From: Escherichia phage HY03 | Length of the DNA: 64,000 nucleotides | Direction: 5' to 3' (one strand) | Sequence record: NC_031047.1 | Made by a program: the position numbers and the translations under genes | The notes under the pieces: model-generated | The model's database searches: none | What the model was told of the DNA's origin: nothing | Seen by the model: only the letters and a program-made list of their open reading frames with translations | Part shown: in pieces, positions 60,871 through 64,000 of the stretch | Layout of the letters: each line of letters opens with the position of its first letter | Position numbering within the stretch: position 1 is the stretch's first letter

Positions 60871-61344
60871 ATGAAAACATATCAAGAATTTATTACTGAA
60901 GCAGCTATTAATTCTCAAATTATTGCTGAATCTTTTACTGATCTTTTGAAATTTAAAAAAGGACAGAAAATCACTGCTGTATTGGATGATGGTACAGAAG
61001 TTGAGATGGATGTACAGGGATATAATTATGCAGTAGATGGAAAACTGTATAATAAATCTCATGCTAAATTTGATTCATTTGACGACTTTGTTAATACAGT
61101 TGAAGATGAAAAAACTCGTCGATCCATTGCAACTGGTGATGCTAAGGTTCTTATGGCACATGGTCATGAACGCATTCGCGCTAAACAGAATAAAATGGGT
61201 GAAGATAATTTTGCATTAGTTGGTTATCAATCTGGTAAGCAAACTTATGGCTATCAGCGTACTGCTACCATGTATAATAAAAATGGTAAAATCGCTTTCG
61301 TGAATAGTAAAGGTTCTATTCAGTACGTTAAATCGTTCAAATAA
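60871..61344 (+). CDS. internal protein (ipII/ipIII position) with capsid targeting sequence
   Basis: 157 aa; N-terminal MKTYQEFITE|A is the T4 internal-protein targeting signal; lies beside gene e. Confidence 0.65.
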   Translation: MKTYQEFITEAAINSQIIAESFTDLLKFKKGQKITAVLDDGTEVEMDVQGYNYAVDGKLYNKSHAKFDSFDDFVNTVEDEKTRRSIATGDAKVLMAHGHERIRAKQNKMGEDNFALVGYQSGKQTYGYQRTATMYNKNGKIAFVNSKGSIQYVKSFK

Positions 61345-61485
61345 TATGGGAACAACCTGGACCTCATGATTCTGTGAGGGATTCCCGCCAACCTGTAATA
61401 AGGTCGAGCCCAAGTGCGGTAATGGGTAAATACAGAAATGGACAATTCATGCGCCATGGAATGGCCCAAACCTAGAGAGAACAAA

Positions 61486-62025
61486 ATGAGAACATTTTTA
61501 ACTGGTCCTTATCTATCCCTGATGAATGCTTTTACACACCATTCTGATGCTAGAGTAGAAGAAATTTGTAAAAACGATTATATCCCGCCATTTGAAGACT
61601 TACTTAAGCAGTATTGCACACTTCGACTAGATGGTGGACGTCAATCCGGTAAATCAACTGCAGTAACTAATTTTGCCGCTAATTGGTTGTATGACGGTGG
61701 AACAGTTATTGTTCTTTCTAATACTTCAGCTTACGCTAAAATTTCTGCAAATAGCATCAAAAAGGAATTTTTGCGTTATTCTAATGATGATATACGTTTT
61801 CGTTTATTTACTGATTCTGTGCGCAGTTTTATCGGTAATAAAGGAAGCAAGTTCAGAGGTTTAAAGCTTTCGCGAATTTTGTATATAATTGATGAGCCTG
61901 TCAAATCTCCTGATATGGATAAGATTTATAGTGTCCATATTGACACTGTACACTGCTGCTGTAATATTAAATGTTGTATTGGTGGTATTACTCGTCCACA
62001 GTTTTTCGTAATCGGAATGCAATGA
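61486..62025 (+). CDS. hypothetical P-loop NTPase-like protein
   Basis: ORF 61438..62025; Walker A-like GGRQSGKST and Walker B-like ILYIIDEP; start probably MRTFLT. Confidence 0.45.
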   Translation: MRTFLTGPYLSLMNAFTHHSDARVEEICKNDYIPPFEDLLKQYCTLRLDGGRQSGKSTAVTNFAANWLYDGGTVIVLSNTSAYAKISANSIKKEFLRYSNDDIRFRLFTDSVRSFIGNKGSKFRGLKLSRILYIIDEPVKSPDMDKIYSVHIDTVHCCCNIKCCIGGITRPQFFVIGMQ

Positions 62026-62351
62026 TGACAGACACTCAGCTTTTCGAATATCTTTATTTTTCGCCAAAAACTATTAAAAATAAATTAGTGAATCATTTTG
62101 AAATTTTGGCAAATAACAACGTCTTGAGCGAATTTTATCCTAAGCAATACAAATTACAAAAAGGCGTATTCAAAGGATGCAGAGTTTTGTGTACTGCTCC
62201 TAATGCACGGCTAATGAATAAAATTCCATATTTTACCATGGAATTTATTGATGGGCCTTTTAAAGGACTAATCACCCAAAGTTTAATGGCATATGATTCT
62301 GAGCCATTTTTAATTAAAGAACAATCTTGGATAAATTTATTTTCTAATTGA
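62022..62351 (+). CDS. hypothetical protein
   Basis: ORF 61971..62351; likely start at ATGATG overlapping the upstream stop (ATGA). Confidence 0.45.
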   Translation: MMTDTQLFEYLYFSPKTIKNKLVNHFEILANNNVLSEFYPKQYKLQKGVFKGCRVLCTAPNARLMNKIPYFTMEFIDGPFKGLITQSLMAYDSEPFLIKEQSWINLFSN

Positions 62352-62358
62352 GGTTTAT

Positions 62359-62721
62359 ATGAAAGCATATCAAATTCTTGAAGGCACACATAAAGGTACT
62401 ATTTATTTTGAAGATGGTATTCAAGCACGAATTATCGTTTCTAAAACCTTTAAAGAGGACTCTTTTGTAGACCCAGAAATTTTCTACGGTTTGCATGCCC
62501 GTGAAATTGAAATTGAGCAACAGCCTACAGTTAAAATTGAAGGTGGTCAACACCTGAACGTTAACGTTCTGCGTCGTGAAACTCTGGAAGATGCAGTTAA
62601 GCATCCGGAAAAATATCCGCAGCTGACCATCCGTGTATCCGGTTATGCAGTTCGCTTTAACTCTCTGACTCCGGAACAGCAGCGCGACGTTATCGCTCGT
62701 ACCTTCACCGAGAGTTTGTAA
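62359..62721 (+). CDS. autonomous glycyl-radical cofactor (GrcA/YfiD-like)
   Basis: 120 aa; C-terminal ~60 aa [60 protein letters not shown] matches E. coli GrcA with RVSGY glycyl-radical motif; host-like codon usage in the 3' half. Confidence 0.75.
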   Translation: MKAYQILEGTHKGTIYFEDGIQARIIVSKTFKEDSFVDPEIFYGLHAREIEIEQQPTVKIEGGQHLNVNVLRRETLEDAVKHPEKYPQLTIRVSGYAVRFNSLTPEQQRDVIARTFTESL

Positions 62722-62942
62722 TGGCAAAGATAATTATTGAAGGTTCTGAAGATGTGCTAAATGCTTTCGCCGAATGGTTTAGTAATTCAGGCGAACAGCA
62801 ATTTAACGAAGCATGGAACATGGGTGATATTGATGGAATTTATCCCACGACAGAAATTTCTGTTCAAGGATATGGAATTCATGAGCCTATTCGTTTAGTT
62901 GAATATGATTTAGGTACTGGTGAGGAAGTAAAATATGATTGA
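62721..62942 (+). CDS. hypothetical small acidic protein (73 aa)
   Basis: Tightly packed early ORF. Confidence 0.45.
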   Translation: MAKIIIEGSEDVLNAFAEWFSNSGEQQFNEAWNMGDIDGIYPTTEISVQGYGIHEPIRLVEYDLGTGEEVKYD

Positions 62943-63201
62943 AGATATTAAGGGTTATAAGCCACATACTGAAGAGAAAATCGGTAAAGTGAATGCTATT
63001 AAAGACGCTGAAGTTCGTTTAGGACTTATCTTTGATGCTTTATACGATGAATTCTGGGAAGCACTAGATAATTGTGAAGACTGTGAATTCGCGAAGAATT
63101 ATGCTGAAAGCCTCGATCAGTTAACTATTGCTAAAACGAAACTCAAAGAAGCCAGTATGTGGGCTTGCCGTGCTGTGTTCCAACCAGAGGAAAAATACTA
63201 A
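62935..63201 (+). CDS. hypothetical small protein (88 aa)
   Basis: Tightly packed early ORF, two ORFs upstream of regB (vs.4-like position). Confidence 0.45.
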   Translation: MIEDIKGYKPHTEEKIGKVNAIKDAEVRLGLIFDALYDEFWEALDNCEDCEFAKNYAESLDQLTIAKTKLKEASMWACRAVFQPEEKY

Positions 63202-63479
63202 TGGCTCAATTAAGCGCAGGGTTTGGTTATGAGTATTATACTGCCCCTCGTCGTGTATCTGTTGCTCCTAAGAAAATTCAAAGTCTTGATGACTTCCAGG
63301 AAGTAGTTCGTAACGCTTTCCAGGACTATGCACGTTATCTTAAAGAAGATTCACAGGACTGTCTCGAAGAAGATGAAATTGCTTACTATGAGCAGCGTCT
63401 TGAACAGCTCAAAAATCTACATGAGGTTCGTGCAGAAGTTTCAAAGTCTATGAATAAATTGGTCAGATTTAAAGAATAA
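63159..63479 (+). CDS. hypothetical small protein (106 aa)
   Basis: Early ORF adjacent to regB. Confidence 0.45.
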   Translation: MGLPCCVPTRGKILMAQLSAGFGYEYYTAPRRVSVAPKKIQSLDDFQEVVRNAFQDYARYLKEDSQDCLEEDEIAYYEQRLEQLKNLHEVRAEVSKSMNKLVRFKE

Positions 63480-63481
63480 CT

Positions 63482-63511
63482 GTTTACTTTTCCTCTTGAC
63501 TGTGGTATAAT
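63482..63511 (+). promoter_or_regulatory. T4 early-type promoter upstream of regB
   Basis: -35 GTTTAC, 18-bp spacer, -10 TATAAT, then GAGGAG RBS. Confidence 0.6.
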
Positions 63512-63538
63512 TTTTCTATCAGTTAAGAGGAGAATAAC

Positions 63539-64000
63539 ATGACTATCAACACAGAAGTTTTTATTCGTCGAAATAAGCTCCGTCGTCACTTTGAGTCGGA
63601 GTTTCGTCAAATTAACAATGAGATTCGTGAGGCATCAAAAGCAGCAGGGGTCTCATCGTTTCATCTAAAATATTCTCAACATCTTCTTGATCGCGCAATT
63701 CAACGGGAGATTGATGAGACATACGTTTTTGAATTATTCCATAAAATAAAAGACCATGTTTTAGAAGTTAATGAATTCCTGAGTATGCCTCCGCGTCCTG
63801 ACATTGACGAGGATTTTATTGATGGGGTTGAATATCGTCCTGGACGTTTAGAAATCACAGATGGAAATCTTTGGCTTGGATTTACAGTTTGTAAACCTAA
63901 CGAGAAGTTCAAAAACCCGTCACTTCAATGTAGGATGGCAATTATCAACAGTCGTCGTTTACCAGGAAAGGCTTCTAAAGCAGTAATTAAAACTCAATGA
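63539..64000 (+). CDS. regB: RegB endoribonuclease
   Basis: 153 aa as T4 RegB (MTINTEVFIRRNKLRR...); identification from memory. Confidence 0.6.
   Translation: MTINTEVFIRRNKLRRHFESEFRQINNEIREASKAAGVSSFHLKYSQHLLDRAIQREIDETYVFELFHKIKDHVLEVNEFLSMPPRPDIDEDFIDGVEYRPGRLEITDGNLWLGFTVCKPNEKFKNPSLQCRMAIINSRRLPGKASKAVIKTQ

Overview
This window looks like a T4-like (T-even, Tevenvirinae) phage segment; all identifications are from my memory of T4 proteins and reading the sequence, with no database search run. Layout: (1) 1-7.3 kb, minus strand: a GIY-YIG endonuclease, six tRNAs (Ile/Met-CAU, Thr, Ser, Pro, Gly, Leu), an HNH endonuclease, ipI, 57B (the anti-CBASS nuclease Acb1), 57A, gene 1, 3, an HNH endonuclease, 2, 4. 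(2) 7.4-53.8 kb: the conserved late block 53-5-5.1-5.4-6-7-8-9-10-11-12-wac-13-14-15-16-17-18-19-20-67-68-21-22-23-24, then rnlB-hoc-inh-segE-uvsW-uvsY-25-26-51-27-28-29-48-54, with T4-like lengths. (3) 53.9-64 kb: an early-type module on the plus strand (internal-protein-like ORFs, small membrane proteins, nudE, lysozyme e, a GrcA-like ORF, regB) that is not where T4 has it. The most interesting feature is gene 17 (large terminase): it is broken into two ORFs exactly after the Walker-B glutamate, the break is flanked by N- and C-terminal intein-like fragments with an atypical short-N/long-C split, and a free-standing endonuclease-like ORF lies between them. Also notable: five extra homing-endonuclease genes at intergenic junctions, a 1-nt frameshift in rnlB, a truncated ADP-ribosyltransferase-like ORF at a synteny breakpoint near 55.3 kb, capsid-targeting-sequence internal proteins, and a host-like GrcA module. 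No CRISPR array or integrase was seen.
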